A stretch of 32,850 nucleotides of DNA from the IMG/VR virus record IMGVR_UViG_3300010163_000110, positions 1 to 32,850 of that record; one strand, given 5' to 3'. This document shows, piece after piece, positions 8,294-17,957 of the stretch. The DNA is from a virus. The number at the start of each line of letters is the position of its first letter. The stretch's first letter is position 1. The translations under genes and the position numbers were made by a program. The notes below the pieces were generated by a model, which saw only the letters and a program-made list of their open reading frames with translations, made no database searches and was not told the DNA's origin.

Positions 8294-9283
8294 TTAAGCC
8301 TTTGCAGCTACCGTCTGGTCAGCGGCCTTTGCAGCTACCGTTCGGTCCGCGGCCTTTGCGGCTGCCGTTCGGGTCGCAGCGATCGTTCCCAGCACCACCT
8401 CGTCGGGGAATGCGAACTGTACGCCGGCATTCCACTCGATCTTGAGGCGGAACTTGTCCGCATCCTTCGAATACCAGGCGTCTACGACCTCGCGGGCATT
8501 CTCGAGGTCCACGCCGTAGAAGAGGTTCGATTCGGCGGCGGCCACGATGTTCTGCGTGCCCGAAAGGCCCATCGTGCTCACGACTGCCACGTTCGTGCCC
8601 GGGAAGATGAACTCCTTCGGCGCGGCATCCTGCGGACCCGAGTAGTGGTAGTAGTTCTTCGCCACGATCTCCTGGATGAACTGGCGATAGAGCGACGGCG
8701 ACACGAAGATACGCGCGTCTTCCTGAAGGAGCAACTCTTCAGGCATCGCCATGTAGACGGCCTGGATTGCATCCCAGGCCGACGTGCCGGCTGCGATCGG
8801 AACCTTCACGACGCCGGCCTCCGCGCCTGCCAGCTTCAAGAGGCCATCGTAGAACTTGAGGTTCGCGTCTTCGGACGCCGTGTCGCCCTGCCATACCTGG
8901 CGTTCGGAAGCGCGGGCCAGCTTGCCCAGAATGTCGTTGACGATCTCCTCTTCGAACGGCATCCGCTGTTCGCCTGCGGTGATCCGAACCTGGTACTGGG
9001 TCCAGGCGTCGAGCAGGTCGAACTTGCAGAACTCCATGTTCACCTTCATGATGGCCGTCTTGAGCTGCCGCTGGGTGAACTTGGCCGCGCCCTGAGGGGT
9101 GAACCCGCAAACGCCGCCTTCCTGAATCACGGGCGTCGTGTCCAGATAGTTCAAGGCCGCAACGGTCTTGATTCCGGTCTGCTTGCGCATCCGGCGGATC
9201 GTGTCGCCGTCAAAAACGGCCTTTCGCAGGATCAGGTCCCGCTTCTGCTCCACATAGGTGGGGAGCGTCGAAATGTCGTACAT
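8294..9283 (-). CDS. Major capsid protein (HK97-fold type) with C-terminal 9-aa tandem repeats
   Basis: 329 aa, directly downstream of the protease/scaffold gene. Sequence looks typical of a major capsid protein. The tail AAAKAADRTVAAKAADQTVAAKA is encoded by 27-bp repeats. Confidence 0.75.
   Translation of the reverse strand: MYDISTLPTYVEQKRDLILRKAVFDGDTIRRMRKQTGIKTVAALNYLDTTPVIQEGGVCGFTPQGAAKFTQRQLKTAIMKVNMEFCKFDLLDAWTQYQVRITAGEQRMPFEEEIVNDILGKLARASERQVWQGDTASEDANLKFYDGLLKLAGAEAGVVKVPIAAGTSAWDAIQAVYMAMPEELLLQEDARIFVSPSLYRQFIQEIVAKNYYHYSGPQDAAPKEFIFPGTNVAVVSTMGLSGTQNIVAAAESNLFYGVDLENAREVVDAWYSKDADKFRLKIEWNAGVQFAFPDEVVLGTIAATRTAAAKAADRTVAAKAADQTVAAKA
8298..8378. repeat. Three tandem 27-bp repeats at the 3' end of the capsid gene
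   Basis: GCCTTTGCAGCTACCGT.TGGTC.GCG occurs three times with a few substitutions. Confidence 0.85.
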
Positions 9284-9303
9284 ATTTTTGTTGTTTTTTG
9301 GTT

Positions 9304-10392
9304 CTACTTCGCCCCCACGATTCGAAGGGCGTTGTCCAGACCGCGGTCACCCGTCTTGCCGGCGCCCGCTGCCTCTTTGTACTCTTCGTGCGCCGGCTTC
9401 GCTGCCGGCGTCTTGCTCATCTTGTCGAGCTGCTCGGCCATCTCCGATTTGCTGGATTCCAACCCGTCGACCTTCCCCTCCAGCGCCTTGACGCGGTCGG
9501 CCAGCTTGTTGTACATCGCCCACAGCTCGTCTTCCTGTTCCTTGGCGTCGGAAGCCGGCTCTGCCTCCGCGGCTTTCGTCTGCTCTTTGGCCTCGACCTC
9601 GGCGCGAACGTCCACGATCTCGGAGACCTTGCCACCGGCGACCTTGATCGTCTTCCCGTCTTCCGTCTTGTAGTCGCCGTCCGCCGCGGGCTTTCGCTCG
9701 CCATCCTCTTCGAGGTAGACGCTGTAGCCCTCTTTGAGGTCTTCGTCGCCCTCCCAGATCAGAACGCCGTTATCGGTCGTAACGGCGCCGAACTGGACAA
9801 GCACCTTTTTTAAAATTGCTTTCAGTCCCATATTTTTTGCGTTTTGGTTTGTTGTTTCGCTGCGCATGATCGTGTGGTAGGCCTCGATCGAAAACCCGCG
9901 ATAGGTTCCGTCTTTGATCTTCGCCCAGACTTCGTCGTTCGTTACGTGGTACTCGCCGAAAAGGCTGCCTTCCTCGATCTCATCGAAACCGGCGGGAGCA
10001 ATTCCGGCCGCCTTGTCTTTGATGAAGAGCTGCAGCAGGTGAACGCCGGGGACCTCCGTGCCCGCTTCGTGCATCAGGTTGACGCGGTTCTGCCGGTTGT
10101 CGAAAAGGAACCTTTCGGCCATCTTCCGGATGTCTTCCGCGCGAAATACGAGGTAGTACTCCACATCGCCCTCCCGCCGGTAGATCGGGAAGTCGGCGCG
10201 CATCAGCACGCCGCGGACGATTCGCTTTTCTTCGTCTGCCACGGCGTACGTCTGTACCCGCTCTTGCTTTTCAAAGGCTTGGAACCGGCTCTCGACTGCA
10301 GGGGCATCCACGAGCGAAACGCGGACGATTCCGTCGTCTTCGCTCATCAGCTCCGCGCGGTAGACCGGTACCCCGTTTAACTTCGATTCCAT
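9304..10392 (-). CDS. Prohead protease (XkdF-like) fused to a scaffold-like acidic coiled-coil
   Basis: The N-terminal ~180 aa resemble the XkdF-type protease domain (VSLVDAPAVE ... NLMHE ... GFSIEAY). The C-terminal half is E/K/A-rich. Upstream of the capsid gene. Confidence 0.65.
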   Translation of the reverse strand: MESKLNGVPVYRAELMSEDDGIVRVSLVDAPAVESRFQAFEKQERVQTYAVADEEKRIVRGVLMRADFPIYRREGDVEYYLVFRAEDIRKMAERFLFDNRQNRVNLMHEAGTEVPGVHLLQLFIKDKAAGIAPAGFDEIEEGSLFGEYHVTNDEVWAKIKDGTYRGFSIEAYHTIMRSETTNQNAKNMGLKAILKKVLVQFGAVTTDNGVLIWEGDEDLKEGYSVYLEEDGERKPAADGDYKTEDGKTIKVAGGKVSEIVDVRAEVEAKEQTKAAEAEPASDAKEQEDELWAMYNKLADRVKALEGKVDGLESSKSEMAEQLDKMSKTPAAKPAHEEYKEAAGAGKTGDRGLDNALRIVGAK

Positions 10393-10405
10393 TCTTTTTT
10401 TTCTG

Positions 10406-10413
10406 GATATATA
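10406..10413 (-). promoter_or_regulatory. Conserved TATATATC motif (copy 2)
   Basis: Minus strand reads cgTATATATCCagaaaaaaaagaATG. It is preceded by a GAACAGC/GCTGTTC hairpin plus T6 just after the tape-measure stop. Confidence 0.45.
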
Positions 10414-10440
10414 CGTTTTTAAAAAAGCGGTCCGAACAGC

Positions 10441-12678
10441 TTAAAAGCTCGTTTCGCTGTTCTGAATCTCCACCGTGCGGGCGGCCTCTTCGACGTCTTG
10501 CCAAACAAGTACGACCCGCTGGTCTTGGGCCGCGCGGCCGGTGTTCGCTTCGATGTTGTTCAACCGTTCCTCCTCGCTGGCGGAAGTCAGCGTCCGGGTG
10601 ATCGGCACCTGTTGAATCACCGCCGGGGGCGACGTGATCGCAGCGGAAGCCGAGCCGCCGAGCCCCGACGAAGAACCTCCGCCGAGCGGGCTCTTCGGCA
10701 CCTGCACCGATAGGATGCTGCGGACGTTCGCCAGACCGGACGCAATGGCCGCGGCCGCGGCGATAGCACCACGGACGGGGCTGCTTGCCGTTTTCGGATT
10801 GAATTGTGATTGATACGCCTCTTGCGCCGTCTGCCACGTGCTTATCGTCGTCGATGCCACCGCCAGTGCCTTTCCGAAAGCGGTGTTTTCACCGGCCAAC
10901 TCGGCGCCGGACGCCATCAGGTCTCCGATCAACTTGTATTTGTCGCGCTCGGCTTTTTTCTCTTTTTCCTTGATTTTTTGCTCCGATTTGTATTGCTGTT
11001 CGCCCAACTTTAGCTCCTGGACGCCCGCTTTGTGTTGGGCGTCCATTTCGGCCTTCAGCTCCTTCTCGAACTCGGATAAGGCCTCTTCGTCGTAGCGCGC
11101 ATTGATCTCGGCCTGCTGCTGGCGGAAACGCTCCGTCATTTCGAGCCGGATCGCGTCCGCAGTCTCTTGGGCGATCCGCTCTTCTTCGACGCGGGTATTG
11201 AAGGCCTCCATCTCCTTCGCGTAATTTTCGCGCAATGTCTGGAGGTCGTTTTCGCGCGTTTCCGCCCGGTTTTCCTGCCGGAGCCGCAGCAGCTCGAGCT
11301 CGGCCTTGTAGTTGTTCTCGGCGATTTGCTGCTGCAGCTTCGCCGCGTCGGACGCCGACCTTGCGGCGTCGTTGTTCGCTTTGGCTTCGAGCTCGACGAT
11401 GCCGGCCGACTTGAGGGCAGCTTGTGCTGCGGTCTCCCTGGCTGCCTGCAGGTTGAAATAAGCCTCCGCCAACGCTTCGGCCGCCTTCTGGTCTTTTCGG
11501 ATCGCTTCTTCCTCTTCGTCGGTGTAGGCTCGTTGTTCTTTTTCATAACTATATACGCCTGTGAGTGGGTCAATTGATGTTATTTTAGCGACCGTTTTCC
11601 CCTTTGCTATTTTTTCGTCCGCCTTTTGCTGCTCTTGCAGCGCGACGCGATACTGCTCGATCGCCAGCTCTTGGGCGGCGGCGGCTTGGGCCCGCAGCTT
11701 CATCGATTCGATGAAGGATTCCGTATTTTGCACGAGCAGATTCTCGGCACCTTCGACGTCTTCGACCTTCACGCCCAATCGGGCGAATGCATCGGCATTC
11801 TCTTCGATGAAGCGCTGCTTGTCTTCGAGCGAATCGCCGAGCGCCTCCCACTGGCTTTGCAGGTCGCGCAAGGTGTACATCGATCCGGCCACATCGTCGT
11901 ACCCATCGCGCATGGATTCGTTCAACCCCTTTACAGCCTTTTCGGCCGCCGATGCGCGGTTGGCGCCGGTCAGCAGGTCCTTGCCCCACTTGATGATCTC
12001 ACTCCCGTACGAAGCCAGCAGCGTGATGCCGACAACCAGCAGCGTTTGCCACGAAAAGATCGACTTTATAACCTGCGAAAAGGCAGACGGGACCTTTTGC
12101 CCCTCCGCTCGCAGCCGCGCAACCTCCTCCGACGTCCGTTTGAACTCATCGGCCAACATCGGCAGGTTGTTCGAAATAGCCAGGAAGAACTGGTTGAAGC
12201 TCATCGTCAGCGATGGCAGCTCCCGGGCGACCTGCTGCACCTGGTATTGCAGCGGCGTGAACCCTTTCGCGGCGTTTTCGTATTGCCCAACGAAGCGGGT
12301 GAAGACGCCGCGCGTCGTGTCCATCTCCTTGAGTTGGGTGTTGACGTCTGCGATGCGCTCCGCCAGGTCAGCGCGTTCGGCCGTGTCACCGAGCGTCTTG
12401 TATCGGTAGGTCAGCTCCGAGAGCGTGGCCGAAAGGGAGTTGTACGATCCCTCCTCCTCGTTCACCGCTTCCGTTCCCAACTTCGTCGCCTGCGTTAGCG
12501 CGGTTCGGAGCCGCACGACCCGCTGGAGCGCCTCTTCATAATCTTCGGTTCCAGCCTCCGCAGCGATGAAATCCGCCCGCGCCGCCTTTACGGCTTCGCG
12601 CAGCTCTTTTAAATTGGTGATACTTTGCCCGGTATCGAGCTCGAGAATCACCTTTTTTTCGATTGTATTCTCTGCCAT
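10441..12678 (-). CDS. Tape measure protein
   Basis: 745 aa. Long coiled-coil regions, hydrophobic segments (SWQTLLVVGITLLASYG) and a Gly/Ser-rich C-terminus. Confidence 0.8.
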   Translation of the reverse strand: MAENTIEKKVILELDTGQSITNLKELREAVKAARADFIAAEAGTEDYEEALQRVVRLRTALTQATKLGTEAVNEEEGSYNSLSATLSELTYRYKTLGDTAERADLAERIADVNTQLKEMDTTRGVFTRFVGQYENAAKGFTPLQYQVQQVARELPSLTMSFNQFFLAISNNLPMLADEFKRTSEEVARLRAEGQKVPSAFSQVIKSIFSWQTLLVVGITLLASYGSEIIKWGKDLLTGANRASAAEKAVKGLNESMRDGYDDVAGSMYTLRDLQSQWEALGDSLEDKQRFIEENADAFARLGVKVEDVEGAENLLVQNTESFIESMKLRAQAAAAQELAIEQYRVALQEQQKADEKIAKGKTVAKITSIDPLTGVYSYEKEQRAYTDEEEEAIRKDQKAAEALAEAYFNLQAARETAAQAALKSAGIVELEAKANNDAARSASDAAKLQQQIAENNYKAELELLRLRQENRAETRENDLQTLRENYAKEMEAFNTRVEEERIAQETADAIRLEMTERFRQQQAEINARYDEEALSEFEKELKAEMDAQHKAGVQELKLGEQQYKSEQKIKEKEKKAERDKYKLIGDLMASGAELAGENTAFGKALAVASTTISTWQTAQEAYQSQFNPKTASSPVRGAIAAAAAIASGLANVRSILSVQVPKSPLGGGSSSGLGGSASAAITSPPAVIQQVPITRTLTSASEEERLNNIEANTGRAAQDQRVVLVWQDVEEAARTVEIQNSETSF

Positions 12679-12679
12679 A

Positions 12680-15631
12680 TTAATACGTTATAGTAGGTTC
12701 TTCGCGACCCGATTTGTGTATCACTTCAAGCTCGACCTCTTCGTCTCCGCTTTTAAAAATGAATGTATAACGCCTGTCGTAGAGTGTGGCGTATTCTGTC
12801 GAAATAACCACATCCGTCGTTCCGGCCGGTCCGTTCATCGGCGTAATTGTGAAGCTGTTGTCGTAGTAGAACACGCGCCAAGAACCGGCCGCCGTGATCC
12901 GGACCTTTTCCGATCCACTGTTTAAAATCTCGATCGAAGTAGGCTTAATCGAAAGGCCGTACCCGAATCCGTCTTGCCCATCGGTGTAGTTCGCTTTGTC
13001 CTTCACCTTCACGAACTCGCACTGCACCGTGGCCGAAGAGGTCAGATCGTAGTTCGATATTTTGTTGAGCGCCCAAATCGCGCCGTCGAAGTAGTAGAAC
13101 TTTCGGAGCAGACTTTCGCCGGGCTCCATGCCTTCGAGGTTCACGTAGCAGGTCACGGACTTCGTGTCGACGTCGTAACGGTCGGCCAGATAGCGCCGCC
13201 ACCATTGGGCGTACAAGTTCGAATCGGGGCGCACCTCGACGTCCGGGATGTCGATTTCTGCCGGGGTCCCGAAATCCCACGACTTCGAAATTACCCCGCC
13301 CGAATCGTACCGGCCGAACATCGGGAGCGGCGGCGCCGTCGTGCCTCCGTTTAAGAGCCAGCAGGGCTCGCCGTCGTTTAAGGTCGTCATCTCCGTGCGG
13401 TCGTCCGTCAGGATGAAATCTTTGTACGCGTCCCCCTTGTAGGTACCTCGGTAGAACAGCAGCACGTCGCGTGAATCGAGCGCCTCGTTTCCCTCTTCAT
13501 GGAATTGCGCCTTGCTGAAGGCGTCGTATGTGAGGTAGACGGGATTCATGTATTCGATCGTGTCGGACGGCGACGGTGTCGGCACGTTCAAGTCGATCGA
13601 ATCGGCGCCTCCATTCCGGTAGAGCCGGTAGGTGTGGCCGGAATCCACGAAAACGGAGGGGAAGTGGCTCTGCATTCGAGTGATGTTGATAAAGTATTTT
13701 TCCCGCTCGAGCACTTCGGCAGTTCCCTTGAACACGTTCCCGTTTAAAACGTCTTTGTGCTCGGAGTTGAAGTCGTAGCCGGTATTGACGCGCTGCACGC
13801 CGTATTCGCGGCCGTACACATCTTGGTAGTATTTCACGTATTCGCTTTCTTCCTGCTCGACGTTGAAATCGTACCACTTCTTGTCCGCCAGAACCGGATT
13901 GATCGTTATTTTCTTCGATCGGTCGATCCGCTTTTGCAAGTCGACCGTTTCACCGGTGTAGAGCGTATTTCGAGACACAATTCGGATGCGGCGTTCGGAT
14001 TTGTCGAAAAGGAATCCGAGCCCGAACAGCTTGCAGTACGATAGGAGGTAATCGGCGGGCGTCTTTTCCGTATCCAACAGCATCGCCTTCGTCACGAGCG
14101 TTCCGGAGCGTATATAGCCGGTCCCCTCGTATTCAGCCTTGCTCCCGAGGTTCTGGAATGCGAAACCGGCGATCGGCACCGGCTCGTAATTAGCCTCAAT
14201 GCTTTCGTCCGTCCCGTGCAAAATGTAAAGCGTTTGCGGTGTAGTCCCCCAGTTGTACTCGAATTGGAGATGAATCGATCCGACGCGCTGCGCGCCTTCT
14301 ACCGTGAATACCGCCGACGGCCCATTCCAGACCGGCACACCGTTTTCGTTCACGTCGAAGTCCCCGGTAAGGACTTCTGCACCCTCTTCGTTTGAGTAGG
14401 CGCCGCCGGAAAAAGAGACCTTTTTTGACCGGTGAAGGATTCCTCCGTCGAGCCCGTACACGATCAACTGACAAACAATTTCGGAGAACTCGTGCACGCG
14501 ATGAAGGCGCAGCCGTGTCCCCGGCTCGAGCGGCACTCCAGTACTCGTTTTCGGTTGAATCTCTACCTTTATATCGGCCGTTGTCTGGCTTATATCTTTG
14601 TTCGATGACACCGTTAAGGAAAAAGGGTCGTATTCTTCCTCATCGAAACTTAAAACCGCTTTCCCGCTGTCCGCCTCGAGCTCGTAGGTGTTCAACAGCG
14701 GCAGCGTGATCCACGCCTGTGCATAGTAAGGGTTCCCGCCGCTGAAAAAGTCGGAATCGAGCTCGACTTCATAACCTCCGTTGTTTTCAGGCTTGCAGCA
14801 TGCCTCGATGATTGCCCGCATCGAAACGACCGGGCGCTGCAAGTACGACCGGAGATCCTTCGTCTCCCACTCGGTGTACTCCTTTGAGAGCTCGACCAGG
14901 GACCAGCCGTCGACCGTTGTGTATTCCGCTCCGCTGCTGTCCGAAGCGGTGGAGGTTAGGCCGGCAATGAGCGGGCGGATCAGGGCTTTGTCGGCAGCGA
15001 AGTCGCCGCCCGAAGGTATCCCATTATAGGCCGGCGCGAAGTTGATAACGGTCCATTTACTCCGAACCGCATTCGCATCCGAAAGCGTTCGCCACGCTTC
15101 TCGAACGGCGTTTGCCGTGATATAGAAGTTGAGCTCGGCCGACGGGTCCACATTGCCCAAAAAGTCGAGCGACGACAACTTCTTCGCCTCTCCTTCTTCG
15201 TCGTAGGAGAGGGAGTAGAAAAACGAGCCGAGACCGCCGTAGAGTGAAACGTGATAAGTCACATCGTCGCCGTCGCGCTCTATTTTGTCCAGTTTTGCGT
15301 AACCTTGTTCGATGATCTTAGAACCTTCGTAAAGCACGAACGGTGCGCGCAGCAGGGGATTGAACGACGCGCCGGTCTCGATCGTCCGCACGCTGCTGCG
15401 GCGGGCCCGGCTGGTCGCCGCCGGCATCACCGTGCGGCGGTCGAGGCGATAGGCTGCTCCGAAGATCGCGTTGTTCGCGGCTGTCCCCGGTATTTTTATC
15501 GACTTGCTGAAGCTGTTCTTTACAATCGTCGGATTGCTCAAATCTTCAGCGGTGTATGTGAATTGGATCGCCGTTTTTCCGTCAAGATCGACGAGCTTTT
15601 CAGCAATGTACAGTGAAATATCCCGTTTCAT
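12680..15631 (-). CDS. Large tail-tip/baseplate protein with C-terminal BACON-like Ig domain
   Basis: Start at the internal ATG at 15631 (MKRDISLYI), which forms an ATGA overlap with the upstream stop. 983 aa. The C-terminus SWRVFYYDNSFTITPMNGPAGTTDVVIST is BACON-like. Adjacent to the tape-measure gene. Confidence 0.55.
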   Translation of the reverse strand: MKRDISLYIAEKLVDLDGKTAIQFTYTAEDLSNPTIVKNSFSKSIKIPGTAANNAIFGAAYRLDRRTVMPAATSRARRSSVRTIETGASFNPLLRAPFVLYEGSKIIEQGYAKLDKIERDGDDVTYHVSLYGGLGSFFYSLSYDEEGEAKKLSSLDFLGNVDPSAELNFYITANAVREAWRTLSDANAVRSKWTVINFAPAYNGIPSGGDFAADKALIRPLIAGLTSTASDSSGAEYTTVDGWSLVELSKEYTEWETKDLRSYLQRPVVSMRAIIEACCKPENNGGYEVELDSDFFSGGNPYYAQAWITLPLLNTYELEADSGKAVLSFDEEEYDPFSLTVSSNKDISQTTADIKVEIQPKTSTGVPLEPGTRLRLHRVHEFSEIVCQLIVYGLDGGILHRSKKVSFSGGAYSNEEGAEVLTGDFDVNENGVPVWNGPSAVFTVEGAQRVGSIHLQFEYNWGTTPQTLYILHGTDESIEANYEPVPIAGFAFQNLGSKAEYEGTGYIRSGTLVTKAMLLDTEKTPADYLLSYCKLFGLGFLFDKSERRIRIVSRNTLYTGETVDLQKRIDRSKKITINPVLADKKWYDFNVEQEESEYVKYYQDVYGREYGVQRVNTGYDFNSEHKDVLNGNVFKGTAEVLEREKYFINITRMQSHFPSVFVDSGHTYRLYRNGGADSIDLNVPTPSPSDTIEYMNPVYLTYDAFSKAQFHEEGNEALDSRDVLLFYRGTYKGDAYKDFILTDDRTEMTTLNDGEPCWLLNGGTTAPPLPMFGRYDSGGVISKSWDFGTPAEIDIPDVEVRPDSNLYAQWWRRYLADRYDVDTKSVTCYVNLEGMEPGESLLRKFYYFDGAIWALNKISNYDLTSSATVQCEFVKVKDKANYTDGQDGFGYGLSIKPTSIEILNSGSEKVRITAAGSWRVFYYDNSFTITPMNGPAGTTDVVISTEYATLYDRRYTFIFKSGDEEVELEVIHKSGREEPTITY

Positions 15632-16611
15632 CTTCTTTCCATTTGCTGGGAGGCCTCGCACTTGATCGTGTACGTTACGAGCTTGCGGCCTTGGTTCTTG
15701 AAGCTCTTAATATCCACCGACTTGTCCGTAAGAACGACCGGAATCGTTTCGGCGGTCGTCAGGTCATACAAATAGACGTCCACCGATCGGAGCAGGTGCA
15801 ATTCCAGCCGACGGGATTGCTCGTCCGTTAGATAGGGAGTGTAGAGGGTCCACGACCTTTTGATCTCGTTCAGATAATCCGTTTTCCCGCGCGCCGTGGG
15901 ATCTGTGTTGTCGTAGGCCTGCTCGTATTGCGCGCGCGTGTAGGCGGCATTCTCCGTGGAGGCGTCTGCCAGCACGAAAGTATCCCACCCGCCGAATGCG
16001 TTCACGTAAATCAACATATAACGGGCGCACGTCTTTTTCACATCCCAGGTGCGCGCCCCGACGCGCAGCTTTACCACCTCTTGGCCTGTCGCAAGTAAGC
16101 TCGGCAAGACGTTCCCGGCAACAAGCCCGTAAGGGGCTTTTAAAATCACTTTGTCCGTTGCAGATGTTCCGTCGCTGAAGGTAGACTGGAACTCGAGGCC
16201 GTCCGATCGGTATACGGAATAGAAAAAGGGTTGCCGGGGATCGAGGATGCTGTTAATCGGCGCCGCAGCGTCTTCCGGATCGAAAGCGCGCGCCCGATCG
16301 TAGGACCAATCACGCACGAAGCTATATGTATGCCCCCCAGGCGTCTCTTCCGTCATGTTCTTTACGGTGAATGATTGTATATTATAATCCAGAAACAAGA
16401 CGCAAGTCTCACCGACCTTTGGAATCGTCAGGACGTTTCGGAGGTAGTCGCGGCAAATTTCGTTGATCTTGATCTCGTTCGCGGCGGCGCCCGGCTTCTT
16501 GTACGAGGTCCCTGCATAGACCAGTTCGCCGCCCGGCTCCGTATAAATGCGATAGTCCACTTTTTCGGCCGATCCGAGTGAAACCGTATAGTCTTTCCAA
16601 ATTGGCTCCAT
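15628..16611 (-). CDS. Tail structural protein (possibly distal-tail-like)
   Basis: 327 aa, first gene of the tail-tip block, translationally coupled to the 983-aa protein. Function inferred mainly from position. Confidence 0.4.
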   Translation of the reverse strand: MEPIWKDYTVSLGSAEKVDYRIYTEPGGELVYAGTSYKKPGAAANEIKINEICRDYLRNVLTIPKVGETCVLFLDYNIQSFTVKNMTEETPGGHTYSFVRDWSYDRARAFDPEDAAAPINSILDPRQPFFYSVYRSDGLEFQSTFSDGTSATDKVILKAPYGLVAGNVLPSLLATGQEVVKLRVGARTWDVKKTCARYMLIYVNAFGGWDTFVLADASTENAAYTRAQYEQAYDNTDPTARGKTDYLNEIKRSWTLYTPYLTDEQSRRLELHLLRSVDVYLYDLTTAETIPVVLTDKSVDIKSFKNQGRKLVTYTIKCEASQQMERR

Positions 16612-16628
16612 TGCGTTGTTTTTTTACG

Positions 16629-16636
16629 GATATATA
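16629..16636 (-). promoter_or_regulatory. Conserved TATATATC motif (copy 3)
   Basis: Minus strand reads ttgTATATATCCgtaaaaaaacaacgcaATG, immediately after terminator 16637-16671. Confidence 0.45.
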
Positions 16637-16671
16637 CAAAAAGCCCGAAGCGGTCGGAATCGCCTCGGGCT
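16637..16671 (-). terminator. Rho-independent terminator after the terminase/chaperone block
   Basis: Minus strand reads AGCCCGAGGCGATTCCGACCGCTTCGGGCT followed by TTTTT. Confidence 0.8.
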
Positions 16672-16675
16672 CGTT

Positions 16676-17185
16676 TCATTTTGTTTCGATGTCGAAAAAC
16701 GTTCGGAACACGGCCTCCGAAATGTCTCCGATGTCTTTCGTTAGGGCCTCTTGAATCAGCGGAAGATAGGTGCTGTTTAACTCTTCCAAAGAATCGTGCA
16801 AAATAGGTTCGGGGGCGATTCCCTCCCGGGCGATCTTCCGCGCAATCAGGAACGCCAGCTGTTGGAGGCTTGGAAGTTTCCCGTTCGCCATTGGGCGCGG
16901 GACCACCGGCTTGATCCGAACCCATTCCCGTATTTTTTCGATCGGGGGGAATCTGCCGGGCTTTCGCCCGTATTCGATAAACTTCCAATAACTCAAAAGG
17001 TCCAGACTTACAGTGTAAAGCGCACCGTCTTTGTTTACGTCGAATCGAAGTTGATTAGAAAGCGAAAACGACGCGTTTTTGCCTCGGACTTGCATCTCCC
17101 GCCTGTAAAGATCGACGGCGGCCTGCCCGTATCTGTTTAAAGCCTCTTGAAGGTTCTTAAAATCGGTTAGTGGGTTCGCCTCCAT
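16676..17185 (-). CDS. Head-tail joining / tail-completion-like protein (HK97 gp10-like)
   Basis: SYWKFIEYGRKPGRFPP resembles the Y..vE.G motif of gp10-family proteins. 169 aa. Confidence 0.4.
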   Translation of the reverse strand: MEANPLTDFKNLQEALNRYGQAAVDLYRREMQVRGKNASFSLSNQLRFDVNKDGALYTVSLDLLSYWKFIEYGRKPGRFPPIEKIREWVRIKPVVPRPMANGKLPSLQQLAFLIARKIAREGIAPEPILHDSLEELNSTYLPLIQEALTKDIGDISEAVFRTFFDIETK

Positions 17186-17957
17186 TCTTCGATCCTCCGC
17201 TTATCTTCTTCTTGTTTGTCATTCGAATACGCCAGCCACGAAAGAAAGGCGTAAACCGGGAAGTCCAACGTTTCGTGCGCCGGCGTGTGGGTGACTTCGG
17301 AGACCCGGTCTATCGCAACGGTCCAGCCCCATTTTCGAGAAAACGCCGAAGCGCTGCTATCGTCTCCATCGCTTTCGCTTTCGCCTCCTTTTGTCTCTCC
17401 GTCTTTGCCCGAATCACTTTCGTTTGCATCTCCAAAAAGTACAGCGAACGACGTGCGGACCTTTGCGCACATTTCAAAAAAAAAGCGAGCAGCGCATTCG
17501 CGTCGGTGATCGGAAGGCGTTCGCGGATCAAGGCCTGCAACTCGTTAACATCGTACCCGTCGCCGTACCGGTGCCCTTCAGGCACCAGGAATACAGACAC
17601 GAGCTTTTCCATGTTCCCGTCCAAATCGGCCGCATAGCTTTGGAAGTCTATATACTGGCCGGCGGTGAACTTCTCGACACGTGTAGAGGGGCGCAGCCGG
17701 TATCCTCCAAGCTCGTAAACCTTCCGGACCGGCTTCTCTTTCGGCTTTTCAAGGAGGAACGATGCCCGATCCATAAGGAGCCGAAATTCGACGTACGGCA
17801 ATCCGAGCAGCTCGTCCACCGTGGAACCGGTCAAAAGGGCAAGAATTTCGAGATTTATATCGCTCTCTTCTCGCCCTTCCCTTTCCTTCTCTTCGCATAG
17901 AGAGGAGAACCTTTTGAAGACGCCGATCGGCATCTGGTCGTAACTTGTAATCATCAT
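17167..17957 (-). CDS. Predicted -1 frameshift extension product (GT-like, ~263 aa)
   Basis: ORF 17167-17472 is in the -1 frame relative to 17310-17957. It is open across the T9 run and has no independent translational signals. Confidence 0.4.
17310..17957 (-). CDS. Tail-assembly-chaperone-like protein (G-like, zero-frame product)
   Basis: 215 aa, with an ATGA overlap with the terL stop. Contains a T9 slippery run, and a -1 frame ORF overlaps its 3' end. Confidence 0.45.
   Translation of the reverse strand: MMITSYDQMPIGVFKRFSSLCEEKEREGREESDINLEILALLTGSTVDELLGLPYVEFRLLMDRASFLLEKPKEKPVRKVYELGGYRLRPSTRVEKFTAGQYIDFQSYAADLDGNMEKLVSVFLVPEGHRYGDGYDVNELQALIRERLPITDANALLAFFLKCAQRSARRSLYFLEMQTKVIRAKTERQKEAKAKAMETIAALRRFLENGAGPLR
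17476..17484 (-). other. Slippery T9 run (gcT TTT TTT TTG in the zero frame; T_TTT_TTT heptamer)
   Basis: A9 on the plus strand at 17476-17484. Frames were checked codon by codon against both track translations. Confidence 0.6.

Noticed and set aside
8645-9673. 342-aa plus-strand ORF
   Set aside because: It is antisense to the capsid and scaffold genes, has no recognisable motifs, and shows a shadow-ORF composition.
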